Source: Candidatus Sumerlaeales bacterium (GTDB lineage Bacteria; Sumerlaeota; Sumerlaeia; Sumerlaeales; Sumerlaeaceae). From it: 22,257 bases of DNA. Location: NCBI GenBank assembly GCA_038243585.1, contig JBBSQY010000051.1, positions 1-22,257 of the forward strand, in the 5' to 3' direction. The position numbers and the translations under genes are program-made. This document shows positions 7,913 to 16,332 of the stretch, piece by piece. How positions within the stretch are numbered: the first letter of the stretch is position 1; each line of letters opens with the position of its first letter. The notes beneath the pieces are model-generated. The model was not told the DNA's origin. It saw only the letters and a program-made list of their open reading frames with translations, and searched no databases.

Positions 7913-9277
7913 TTACCATTTCATTCTTTTATCGCCTATTTGCTTGCGATACTCCTGCGATTCCGCTTCTACCCGCGCCACAAATTGTTCCGGTGTAATG
8001 AGTTCGTTGTACATATCCACAAAGGCCGTTTCGATCTCCGTTTCAAATTCGGCATACCAGTCGTTGATGTTGTTGGTCCAGGTGACCTTTGCGTTTTTGA
8101 TCGCGTTGTATGGGCCGTGTAAATGTCTCGGCATCTTCGGTTCGCGTTCTGTGATTATCGCGGTCATGGTACCTTTTTGTTCAATAAACTGCGCTGCCTT
8201 TTCCGGCGACGACATATACCGATAAAACTCTGCCGCCGCATCCGTCTGCTTTCCCTTCGTTGGCAAAAGCCAGCCCTTACCGTCCGGGCTGACGTAGACG
8301 GTCGTCGGGTCGCCCTTGCCGTTGGCGAAGTAGGGGGTCTTCATGTATGTCAGTTCGGATTCGGGAGGCAAGAGGGCCTTCATTTCCGCAACGATCCACG
8401 AACCGCAGGGGATCATGGCCGCGCGGCCCACTAGCAGTTCCATCTGTGATTCGGTATGGTTCATGCCGATGCACCCGCCCTGAAAGTAACCGCGGCGTTT
8501 GAGGTCCATTGTGTGTTGGGCGGCCTTTAAAAATGCCGGATGATTCCACGCGCCGGGTTCCAGGTTAATGGCCGCATTATAGGCTTCAATCCCCCCCGCT
8601 GAAATAACCCAGGGATAATAAATCCCGGTCAGATAATAGAACGGGTAGCGCCCGGTGAATGTCACCGGCGCAATGCCTTTTGCTTTAATCTTCTCGCCGA
8701 GCACAAGAAGCTCTTCGAAGGTTTCAGGTGCCGTCCAGCCGTGGAGGTCGAACAGCGCCTTGTCATACCACCAACCGTTAGCGTCGATATTATAAGGCAG
8801 CACGTAGGTCTTGCCGTCAAACTGCCCCATCTTTAAAATGTCAGGCTTAAAGGTCTCTCGCCAAGTTTTTCCCGACCCGCCGTATGCTGGCTGGTCCAGG
8901 TATTTGTCCCAGGTTAGAATCTGGTTTTCCACCATGATGGGCCGCAGATTAAGACCCCAACCCGGCCAGGCGAGATCTGGCGGGGTGCCCGCCGCAAAGC
9001 GGGGAATCAACACGTCCCACGCCCGCGGACTACCCTGCAATGTGACTTTCAGGTCTGGACGCAGCGCATTGAATTCTTTCGCTGCATTTTCAAAGAAATC
9101 AACCCCGTAGCCGCCCTGGAAGGCAATCACCTCCACAGGGGTTTGCCCGGCGGCGATTCCAGACAAGCCAACCAGCGCCGCAGCACCGATAAACACGGAA
9201 ACCGCGCCGCCGCCAGCCGTACCCCGCAACCATCGAAGGGAGGAGCAACGGTCATTTATACGGTTATTCCAAAACAT
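7913..9277 (-). CDS. Sugar ABC transporter substrate-binding protein, NgcE-like (GlcNAc/chito-oligosaccharide type)
   Basis: Motifs VEVIAFQGGYG, PRFAAGTPPD, WWYDKALF…GW..P.T, GIAPVTFTGRYPFY and HTESQ…GRAAMIPCGSW resemble Streptomyces NgcE-family SBPs. The start is uncertain; ATG 9277 (MFWNN…) precedes a hydrophobic signal ending in IAA-G. Confidence 0.8.
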   Translation of the reverse strand: MFWNNRINDRCSSLRWLRGTAGGGAVSVFIGAAALVGLSGIAAGQTPVEVIAFQGGYGVDFFENAAKEFNALRPDLKVTLQGSPRAWDVLIPRFAAGTPPDLAWPGWGLNLRPIMVENQILTWDKYLDQPAYGGSGKTWRETFKPDILKMGQFDGKTYVLPYNIDANGWWYDKALFDLHGWTAPETFEELLVLGEKIKAKGIAPVTFTGRYPFYYLTGIYYPWVISAGGIEAYNAAINLEPGAWNHPAFLKAAQHTMDLKRRGYFQGGCIGMNHTESQMELLVGRAAMIPCGSWIVAEMKALLPPESELTYMKTPYFANGKGDPTTVYVSPDGKGWLLPTKGKQTDAAAEFYRYMSSPEKAAQFIEQKGTMTAIITEREPKMPRHLHGPYNAIKNAKVTWTNNINDWYAEFETEIETAFVDMYNELITPEQFVARVEAESQEYRKQIGDKRMKW

Positions 9278-9764
9278 GACAGTAGTGACTGGGGGAGCGA
9301 AAAGCAATTTGCCACTGTTTTTTGTATATGGTTCGTGGCGCCACGCCCTCAGGCATTTGCTGGCCAATCGTTGTTTCTTAAATTTGAGGTTAATATCCTT
9401 AATATAGCACCGGCCATAAGTGGGTAATGTTGACTCACGCAATTGTTGATAGTAATATCGCCATCAAGGACCCACGCCTGAAGCTCATATACGGGGGGCA
9501 ATGTTTTCGCTCTCTGTTATTATACCGGTCTTATTTTCTTGTTAACTTTTTAATTGACTCCCCTTTTCAGCGATGGTGGTAATTGGCGCCAATACATCTT
9601 TGACCTCGACCAATTTAAGCCGTGAGAAAATGGCTTTCCCTGACGGCACCGTTGTCCAGTTATAGCCGAGGCTGAAGATTCAAAATACGTGTTCGATGCA
9701 TGATGTCCGTTCTCCGTGACGGGAAAAAAGCTTATTGAGCTTTTGTTTATGAGGAGGGGCTTCA

Positions 9765-11549
9765 GTGCGTCGTTTGAAAGGGAGTAATATGGATTTGGAT
9801 CCGCTGTTCGATCTTGACGTCGATGACGATTTTGTCGGCGCAGATGAAGCTGGAGACGGGGCTTCGCCCTCGGGATTTTCTCGACGCCAGTTTATCAAGC
9901 GCTCTGCCACGGGCGCCCTCGGCGTTGTAGCTGCCGGCGCTGCTATGTCAACCGACCCGTTTATCGCTTCGGCACAAGCTGCCAAGAAGGACGCAACCGC
10001 AAAGTTTGATAAGAAGCGTCCGAACATTATCCTTATAATAACAGACCAGGAGCGGAACCCGCAGTATTGGCCAGAGGGTTGGGCAGACGCTAATTTGCCA
10101 AACCGCAAGCGCCTGGCAGACAAAGGGCTTTCGTTTACTCGTGCCTTCTGTAATACGGCGATGTGTTCGCCGAGCCGAACCACCTTGTTTACAGGGATGT
10201 ATCCTGTACAGCATGGCGTGGAACATACCCTGACCAAGGGCGGCTCTTTGTCACAAGAGGAGGCCACGCTGCAGGTTAACACACAAAACATGGCCCGGAT
10301 GCTGGAGTCGGCAGGATACACCGTCCAGTATCGCGGCAAGTGGCATTTGTCTAAAGACAAAACTTCCCTGACGGATGCGAACACGACTGAGGATCTTGCG
10401 AAGTTTGGCTTTAACGGATGGCAGGGACCAGATGGTGGCCAGGACGTAGCGATTGAAAATTTTGGTGGAGGCTGCGCTGAGCACGATCGTCGTTGGGCGG
10501 GGCAAGCGGCGGACTTTTTGCAAAGCAAGGAGGCTAAGAAAGATCAGCCTTTCGCGCTTATCGTCTCTTTCGTTAATCCGCATGATGCCCTGGCTTACCC
10601 CAAGACGTGGAATGCTCAATCTGGCAACGCCCAAGTGGGATATCACCCAAACTACGGCGGCGACGCCCCGGAGTGCTTTAACCAGGGAATCGAGCTTCCG
10701 CCTTCCCATGATGAACACATCGCTTTTAACTATAAGCCTACGGCGCAGGCGCAGTATAAGGTTCTGACTGCTGGACTCGGGCCACTGTCACCAGATGAGA
10801 AATTGAAGTATGTAAACTTCTACGCATATCTCCATAAAGTGGTGGATGAGCATATCGGCACTGTGCTGGATGCATTGGAGTCTAACAAGAAAGTCCATAA
10901 ACGCACGGTGGTCTTCCGTCTTTCTGATCACGGCGAACTGGGAATGTCTCACGGTGGGTTGCGTCAGAAGGCGTTCACTGCATACGAAGAGACGCTGAAT
11001 GTGCCACTTGTCATTTCAAACCCCAAATACTTTCCAAATCCGGTTAAGACCGATGCACTTGCCAGCCTGGTGGATGTCATGCCTACCATGGCAGCCCTGG
11101 CACGCGTGCCGGAGCCCGAAAATTGGGACTTTAAAGGCAAAGACCTGACTCCGGTCATGCTGGATGCCATGCAGAATCCGGATAGGCCGACCGCGACCGT
11201 ACAAGATACTGTCCTCTTTACGTTTGATGATGATAACCCTGCGAGTCCTGACCCGCAGACCATCGTCACTCAGCCAAACCATATTCGTGCAATCCGCGAC
11301 GATCGCTATAAGTTCACCATCTACTTCGACCCGACCGGTGTAGAACCGCCTCAGAGCGAACTATATGATCTTTTGTATGATCCGCAGGAATTGCACAACA
11401 TGGCACACCCTGATAATGTGGCCTCGTATAATCCTGCATTGATAGAAATCATGCGGGAGAAGCTGCTGAAAAAAATGGATGAGACCGGAACCAGCTTTCA
11501 GCCGGTTTCACCGTATATTCCGCCTGTAGAAGAAACAGTATCCGCTTAA
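9765..11549 (+). CDS. Tat-exported Cys-type formylglycine-dependent sulfatase (S1)
   Basis: Twin-arginine motif FSRRQFIK followed by a hydrophobic stretch and AQA. Sulfatase motifs RPNIILIITDQ, CSPSRTTLFTG (CxPxR), GKWHL, PHD, SDHG and YEE..NVPL. The start is either GTG 9765 (GAGGAGG RBS) or ATG 9789 (GGAG RBS). Confidence 0.92.
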   Translation: MRRLKGSNMDLDPLFDLDVDDDFVGADEAGDGASPSGFSRRQFIKRSATGALGVVAAGAAMSTDPFIASAQAAKKDATAKFDKKRPNIILIITDQERNPQYWPEGWADANLPNRKRLADKGLSFTRAFCNTAMCSPSRTTLFTGMYPVQHGVEHTLTKGGSLSQEEATLQVNTQNMARMLESAGYTVQYRGKWHLSKDKTSLTDANTTEDLAKFGFNGWQGPDGGQDVAIENFGGGCAEHDRRWAGQAADFLQSKEAKKDQPFALIVSFVNPHDALAYPKTWNAQSGNAQVGYHPNYGGDAPECFNQGIELPPSHDEHIAFNYKPTAQAQYKVLTAGLGPLSPDEKLKYVNFYAYLHKVVDEHIGTVLDALESNKKVHKRTVVFRLSDHGELGMSHGGLRQKAFTAYEETLNVPLVISNPKYFPNPVKTDALASLVDVMPTMAALARVPEPENWDFKGKDLTPVMLDAMQNPDRPTATVQDTVLFTFDDDNPASPDPQTIVTQPNHIRAIRDDRYKFTIYFDPTGVEPPQSELYDLLYDPQELHNMAHPDNVASYNPALIEIMREKLLKKMDETGTSFQPVSPYIPPVEETVSA

Positions 11550-11557
11550 TAATACCC

Positions 11558-11591
11558 CAGCCCGGACCGCTGTAACAGGCGGTCCGGGCTG
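11558..11591 (+). terminator. Intercistronic stem-loop (partial terminator or mRNA stabiliser)
   Basis: Perfect 13-bp stem CAGCCCGGACCGC/GCGGTCCGGGCTG with an 8-nt loop. The T-run is offset from the stem by AAAGTG. Confidence 0.6.
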
Positions 11592-11607
11592 AAAGTGTTT
11601 TTTAATT

Positions 11608-12816
11608 ATGAGTAATATTTCCACGCAACCAAGTAGCGAACCCTATGCATTTCACGTTCTTTTGAAACCACGCGGCGCCATTTGTAATCTCGACTGCAAA
11701 TATTGCTTCTTCCTGTCCAAGGAAAAGCTTTTTCCTGGCAGCAACTTTCGCATGACCGATGCGCTGCTGGAAGATTATGTCCGTCAGCATATCGCCGCGC
11801 ATAACGTGCCGGAGGTCACCTTTGCCTGGCAGGGCGGTGAGCCGACCCTGATGGGTCTGGATTTTTATCGACGCGCGGTGGAGTTGCAGGAAAAGTACCG
11901 TAAGCCCGGTTCGCGCATCCTGAACACCCTGCAAACTAATGCCACGACGTTTAATGACGACTGGTGTGCATTTTTCCATGAGCATAATTTTCTACTCGGC
12001 ATCAGCATTGATGGCCCAGCTCCTCTGCACGATATTTATCGTGTAGACAAGGGTGGTTCGCCCACGTTCGCCCGGGTGATGAAGGGCCTTGAGCTTGCAC
12101 GCAAGCATGGCGTAGAGTATAACATCCTCGCGACGGTCAACGCTGCAAATGTGGACCATGCCCTGGAGGTTTACCGCTTTCTGCGGGATGAAGCAGGGGC
12201 GTCATTCATTCAGTTTATCCCAATCATCGAGCGCGATAACGATTCCGGTTTTCAGGAAGGCAACAACGTAACTGATAGGTCTGTGACCGGGGAACAGTAT
12301 GGGCGTTTTCTCATTGAAGTGTTTGACGAGTGGGTTGCGCAGGATGTGGGTAAGGTATTTGTTCAGCTATTCGATGTGGCCCTTGGTGTGTGGCTGGGCC
12401 ATCCGTCGGCCCTGTGTGTGTTTGCCGAAACCTGCGGTGGCGCCCTGGCCCTCGAGCATAACGGAGATCTCTATTCGTGCGACCACTTCGTGGAGCCTCG
12501 GCATCGCCTGGGCAATGTCTTAGAAACCTCTCTGGCCGAGATGGTTAACTCTGCCCAGCAGCAGCAATTTGGGCAAAGCAAACGCGATACACTTCCGATG
12601 TATTGCCAGAAGTGTGAAGTGAAGTTTATCTGTAACGGCGGATGTCCTAAAGACCGCATCAGCATGACTCCAGACGGCGAGCCTGGCCTTAACTACCTGT
12701 GCGAAGGGTTTCGGGCTTTTTTTACCCACATAGACCAACCTATGAAAACCATGGCCCGTCTCATCCTGAGCCAGCGCTCACCCGCTGAAATCATGGGTGG
12801 GAACACCCCGCAGTAG
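11608..12816 (+). CDS. Anaerobic sulfatase maturase (radical SAM-SPASM, anSME/ChuR/AslB family)
   Basis: CNLDCKYC radical SAM motif, WQGGEPTL, SIDGP, and SPASM cysteines CVFAETCG, YSCDH, CQKC…CNGGCPK…YLC. Adjacent to a sulfatase. Confidence 0.95.
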   Translation: MSNISTQPSSEPYAFHVLLKPRGAICNLDCKYCFFLSKEKLFPGSNFRMTDALLEDYVRQHIAAHNVPEVTFAWQGGEPTLMGLDFYRRAVELQEKYRKPGSRILNTLQTNATTFNDDWCAFFHEHNFLLGISIDGPAPLHDIYRVDKGGSPTFARVMKGLELARKHGVEYNILATVNAANVDHALEVYRFLRDEAGASFIQFIPIIERDNDSGFQEGNNVTDRSVTGEQYGRFLIEVFDEWVAQDVGKVFVQLFDVALGVWLGHPSALCVFAETCGGALALEHNGDLYSCDHFVEPRHRLGNVLETSLAEMVNSAQQQQFGQSKRDTLPMYCQKCEVKFICNGGCPKDRISMTPDGEPGLNYLCEGFRAFFTHIDQPMKTMARLILSQRSPAEIMGGNTPQ

Positions 12817-12877
12817 ACTGAATGCATTCCCAGAAACCAGCGCCGTAGAGCGGCGTCGGCCAGCGAGACCTCCCAAC

Positions 12878-14038
12878 ATGACGAACCGATTAAGGCCTAT
12901 TTGCCGTGGTGTTTTCAAATGGCGACATGCCAAAACGTATTGTGCAGTAGTAGCGTCTGTCCTCGCCTTCGCGTCGCCTGTTTACTCCACAGAGGTGGTT
13001 CAGACCGACGTATTTACCAGCGGCACCGACGGCTACGCCGTGTTCCGGATTCCTGCCATATTGGCAACCACGAGCGGCACCCTGCTTGCCTTTGCAGAAG
13101 GTCGGCGCACGAACGGCAGTGATACTGGCGACATTGATACTGTACTTCGCCGAAGTTTTGACCAGGGCGCCACCTGGGGTCCACTGCAAGTTGTGTGGAG
13201 CGACGGCGAGAACACCTGCGGAAATCCAGCCCCGGTGGTGGACAGCCGCACCGGACGAATCATCTTATTAAGCACCTGGAACCATGGCGAAGACGACGAG
13301 AAGCAAATCTCTGCTCAAACCGGCAGGGATACGCGCCGGGTCTCTGTTTGCTATAGCACGGATGACGGCGCGACCTGGGGTGGACGAAACGAAATAACCT
13401 CGGCGGTAAAAGAGATCAGCTGGCGGTGGTATGCAACAGGTCCCGGCCACGGCATCCAACTCAGCGACGGACAACTGGTGGTGCCGGCAAACCATACCGG
13501 CCTGATTAGCGCGGGCGAAACCACGTCATACTCTCATGTTATTATAAGCAAAGACGGCGGCGACACCTGGACCCTGGGCGGGAGCACGGGCCCGCACACC
13601 AACGAAAGTTCCGTGGCTCAGCTGAGCGACGGCCGGCTGATTTTGAACAGTCGCAGCTACCATGGGCTAAACCGGCGCGCGATCTCATGGAGCCGCGACA
13701 ACGGCGTTTCCTGGGACGGGGCCTATTTGCATCCGGAATTAATCGAACCTGTATGCCAGGCCAGTTTGCTAAAAATGAAGTACCAGGGCCAGTCGGTCTA
13801 CTTGTTCTCCAATCCTGCTTCCAAAAAACGGGAAAATCTCACGGTGAAGATCAGCCGCGACGAGGGTCGATCCTGGTCTAGCGGCCTTTCTCATCATCCA
13901 GGCTTCTCCGCCTATTCCGACCTCTGCCCAATGCCAGGTGATAACGTCGGGTGCCTGTACGAGCGGGACATGGACGGAAAGAACTACGGGCGCATCACGT
14001 TTGCGGCCATCGATATCGAGTCAACGCGGGTTGAATAG
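12878..14038 (+). CDS. Secreted exo-alpha-sialidase (GH33)
   Basis: FRIP motif. Asp boxes SFDQGATW, STDDGATW, SKDGGDTW, SRDNGVSW and SRDEGRSW. Catalytic-type residues in NESSV, NSR, KRENL and AYSDL. Signal-like VVASVLAFASPVYS. The start is uncertain; ATG 12878 is preferred over the overlapping GTG 12797. Confidence 0.9.
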   Translation: MTNRLRPICRGVFKWRHAKTYCAVVASVLAFASPVYSTEVVQTDVFTSGTDGYAVFRIPAILATTSGTLLAFAEGRRTNGSDTGDIDTVLRRSFDQGATWGPLQVVWSDGENTCGNPAPVVDSRTGRIILLSTWNHGEDDEKQISAQTGRDTRRVSVCYSTDDGATWGGRNEITSAVKEISWRWYATGPGHGIQLSDGQLVVPANHTGLISAGETTSYSHVIISKDGGDTWTLGGSTGPHTNESSVAQLSDGRLILNSRSYHGLNRRAISWSRDNGVSWDGAYLHPELIEPVCQASLLKMKYQGQSVYLFSNPASKKRENLTVKISRDEGRSWSSGLSHHPGFSAYSDLCPMPGDNVGCLYERDMDGKNYGRITFAAIDIESTRVE

Positions 14039-14055
14039 CCACCATTAATCAGAAT

Positions 14056-14088
14056 GGGCCCGAAACCATTTTTCATGATTACGGGCCC
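14056..14088. terminator. Imperfect hairpin between convergent genes
   Basis: GGGCCCG…CGGGCCC arms with a partly pairing interior, between the sialidase stop (14038) and the isomerase stop (14113). Confidence 0.5.
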
Positions 14089-14112
14089 GACATTTTAAAT
14101 CAAGACGGTCTA

Positions 14113-15150
14113 TTACCCCATCAGATGCTCTAGCACCATCTGATCCAGGGCCTGGTAGTTGCGATCTGCTATTAGCGACTGCGCCGCCGCTTCGTCGAAG
14201 GTTCGCACCTTTTCCAGGAGACGCAGGAAGGTCTTTTTGCTGTTGGCAAGGTGGTCGATGTGATGTTCCGCTTTTGTGGCGCGGAAGGGGTGGACGTCGA
14301 AGGCGACGCATTCGCCCTTTGACCCATATTTGTTCCGATCCAGAACGCGGACCTGCTGAAAGGCGACTCGCAGATTTGCGCTTCCGAATGGTTTATCCTG
14401 GTCGAACTTAAGGCCGTTCTGGTCGTTCAGATGGACGGACCACAGCTTACCCATGGCCAGCGCGAAGTCGAGTTCGTCGGCAGGATCAAGGCCGGCGAGG
14501 ATGCAGTGAGCTGTCTCGATGACGCCGCCTACCCGCGCAGGATCGCTGGTCAGATGAGCTGCGGCCAGGGCATGACCGATGGTGGGCAGGTAGGCATGAT
14601 CCATAGGCTCGTTTGGCTTAGGCTCGATGGCGATGCGGATATTGGGATCATGAGCGAGCATCTTGTCGATGGCCTGCACCAGCAGTTCCATGCTCTTACG
14701 GCCGTCTTTGGCTTCGCGCAGATAAGTGCCTTCTCGGGCCAGCCACAGGATGATAAGGTCGGTTCCCATTTCTTTTGCAATGTCGATGCACTGGAGCGAC
14801 CGATCGATGGCGTATTGCCGCGCCTTCGGGTCGTTGCTCGTGTAACCGCCGTCGATGGTCTGCTCGGCAAACCAGAGCCGCGGGGCCAGAATCTCTGCGA
14901 TGAGGCCGGCGTCGTCGAGCATCTGCTTTACGTTGGCCGCTTCTTTCAGCACCTGGCTGCTGCTCTTGCCGTCAATGTCGGGGACCACATCGTCATCATG
15001 CCACATCATGGCGTCGTAACCCATGGTTTTCGCATGTTCCATCTTCCAGGCAAGTTCACGCACCGGGCGTGTTGTCGGTCCATAAGGGTCGGCGCCTTCG
15101 CCAATGTTCCATGGTCCAAATGAAAAGCGATACGAATGATCTGTGGTCAT
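14113..15150 (-). CDS. xylA: Xylose isomerase-family sugar isomerase (short, class I-like, divergent active site)
   Basis: Motifs RFSFGPWN…GADPYG, WHDDD, LWLAREG, IEPKPNEP, ETAH and NDQNGLKFDQD match the Streptomyces/Thermus-type XylA scaffold. The substrate is uncertain (see findings). Confidence 0.75.
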   Translation of the reverse strand: MTTDHSYRFSFGPWNIGEGADPYGPTTRPVRELAWKMEHAKTMGYDAMMWHDDDVVPDIDGKSSSQVLKEAANVKQMLDDAGLIAEILAPRLWFAEQTIDGGYTSNDPKARQYAIDRSLQCIDIAKEMGTDLIILWLAREGTYLREAKDGRKSMELLVQAIDKMLAHDPNIRIAIEPKPNEPMDHAYLPTIGHALAAAHLTSDPARVGGVIETAHCILAGLDPADELDFALAMGKLWSVHLNDQNGLKFDQDKPFGSANLRVAFQQVRVLDRNKYGSKGECVAFDVHPFRATKAEHHIDHLANSKKTFLRLLEKVRTFDEAAAQSLIADRNYQALDQMVLEHLMG

Positions 15151-15308
15151 AATTAATCCTGCCGATATTAGAAAGATGGTTTAACGCAGTTATCGTACTG
15201 ACTTACGTTTGAACACAGGTAATCACCGTAGAGGAAGTCAAGGCAACTGTGCTGATGAAGGGCAACTGCTGATTCCGCCTCGTCCGAAAACGGGACAATG
15301 TATATAGA

Positions 15309-16199
15309 TTACACCGTCAGCGCGCGCAGCAGCGTCAGCGTTTGCCTGTAATTACCGGCTGCCGCCCTGACAGGGTATTCCGCATAAACACGGCTTCGCG
15401 TAAACCCTGGCCCGGCTAGCGCCACCCGGTTCTCCCAGCCCGCGTTTATGCAACGGGCGACCCACTGCCGCGTATCGCTGGACGACGGAGCTACGGTCGC
15501 GGATAATAGGATGGCGACGGCTCCTCCGCGCCGTGAGGCGTCAATAATCTCGTCCATGGGCAACCCCGCCGTGAGCATCAAAGGCCGCGCGATATTTTCC
15601 GACGCCGTTAGATTTCTGAGATGAAGCAAAGGGAGTTGATGAAGTTCATCGGGAACACATGCGAACGTAATTACGGGCGCGGTGTCCAGAATCACAATTT
15701 TGCGCGACTGTCCCAATAAGACCTCCGTAACCGCAAGCGTGAACGCGTGTTCGGCGGCGACCCCTTCTCCAGTAGCTTCCCAATTTCTGCCCAGCTGAGC
15801 CAGCATCGGAAAAGCCAGATCTTCAATAAACCCGGCATAGCCGAGGTGGTTGAGCGCATCCCCAAACACATTGCTTAACAATGTATCGCTGTGCTCATCC
15901 AGCGCGTTTATAATTTTCCGGCTGTAGGCGGATAAGGCTGCCGCGTCTTTTGGCGGCGGATGCACCGCCGGATTTTCCATAACCTGCGGAATGGCTTCGC
16001 CAGGTGCTACCCCTGCATCTGTAAGTGCCACAATCCGACTGATGAGCTCAATCTCGGATTCTCCGTAAGTTCGGTGTCCACCGGCGCTCCGGCTTGGAGC
16101 CGGAAATTGATAGCGCCGCTCCCACGTGCGGACGGTATTGGGATTCAACCCGAACATTGCGCACACGGTTCCGACGGGGATGTGTTTATCATGAGTCAT
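15309..16199 (-). CDS. MerR-family regulator with a cobalamin-binding domain (CarH/LitR-like)
   Basis: N-terminal MerR HTH (IGTVCAMFGLNPNTVRTWERRYQFPAPSRSAGGHRTY), a W-x9-EH motif (WEATGEGVAAEH), ExH (ELHQLP), SxT (LLSAT) and LAGPG. Confidence 0.85.
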   Translation of the reverse strand: MTHDKHIPVGTVCAMFGLNPNTVRTWERRYQFPAPSRSAGGHRTYGESEIELISRIVALTDAGVAPGEAIPQVMENPAVHPPPKDAAALSAYSRKIINALDEHSDTLLSNVFGDALNHLGYAGFIEDLAFPMLAQLGRNWEATGEGVAAEHAFTLAVTEVLLGQSRKIVILDTAPVITFACVPDELHQLPLLHLRNLTASENIARPLMLTAGLPMDEIIDASRRGGAVAILLSATVAPSSSDTRQWVARCINAGWENRVALAGPGFTRSRVYAEYPVRAAAGNYRQTLTLLRALTV

Positions 16200-16279
16200 T
16201 GGATTATGCTATACATCAATCTAAGTCACTTTTCTAAGTAAAAGATGGCCTGAACAGTTATTCCTTTAAAGTTGGACTA

Positions 16280-16295
16280 ATACTTGCTCAAGTAT
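16280..16295. promoter_or_regulatory. Palindromic operator candidate in the divergent promoter region
   Basis: ATACTTG-CT-CAAGTAT is a perfect 7-bp inverted repeat in the AT-rich 133-bp gap between the MerR and fasciclin genes. Confidence 0.45.
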
Positions 16296-16332
16296 ACCAG
16301 TAGTAGTCAAAACTACAATAGGAGAAATACCC

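Noticed and set aside
9278..9442. N-terminal extension of the SBP ORF
   Set aside because: It is AT-rich, promoter-like sequence with a TTG start, and it would put the signal peptide about 80 aa from the N-terminus.
9569..9591. GCGATGGTG…CGCCA, resembling the start of a fluoride riboswitch
   Set aside because: The spacing and the downstream pseudoknot partner do not fit, and the gene context (sulfatase) is not typical.
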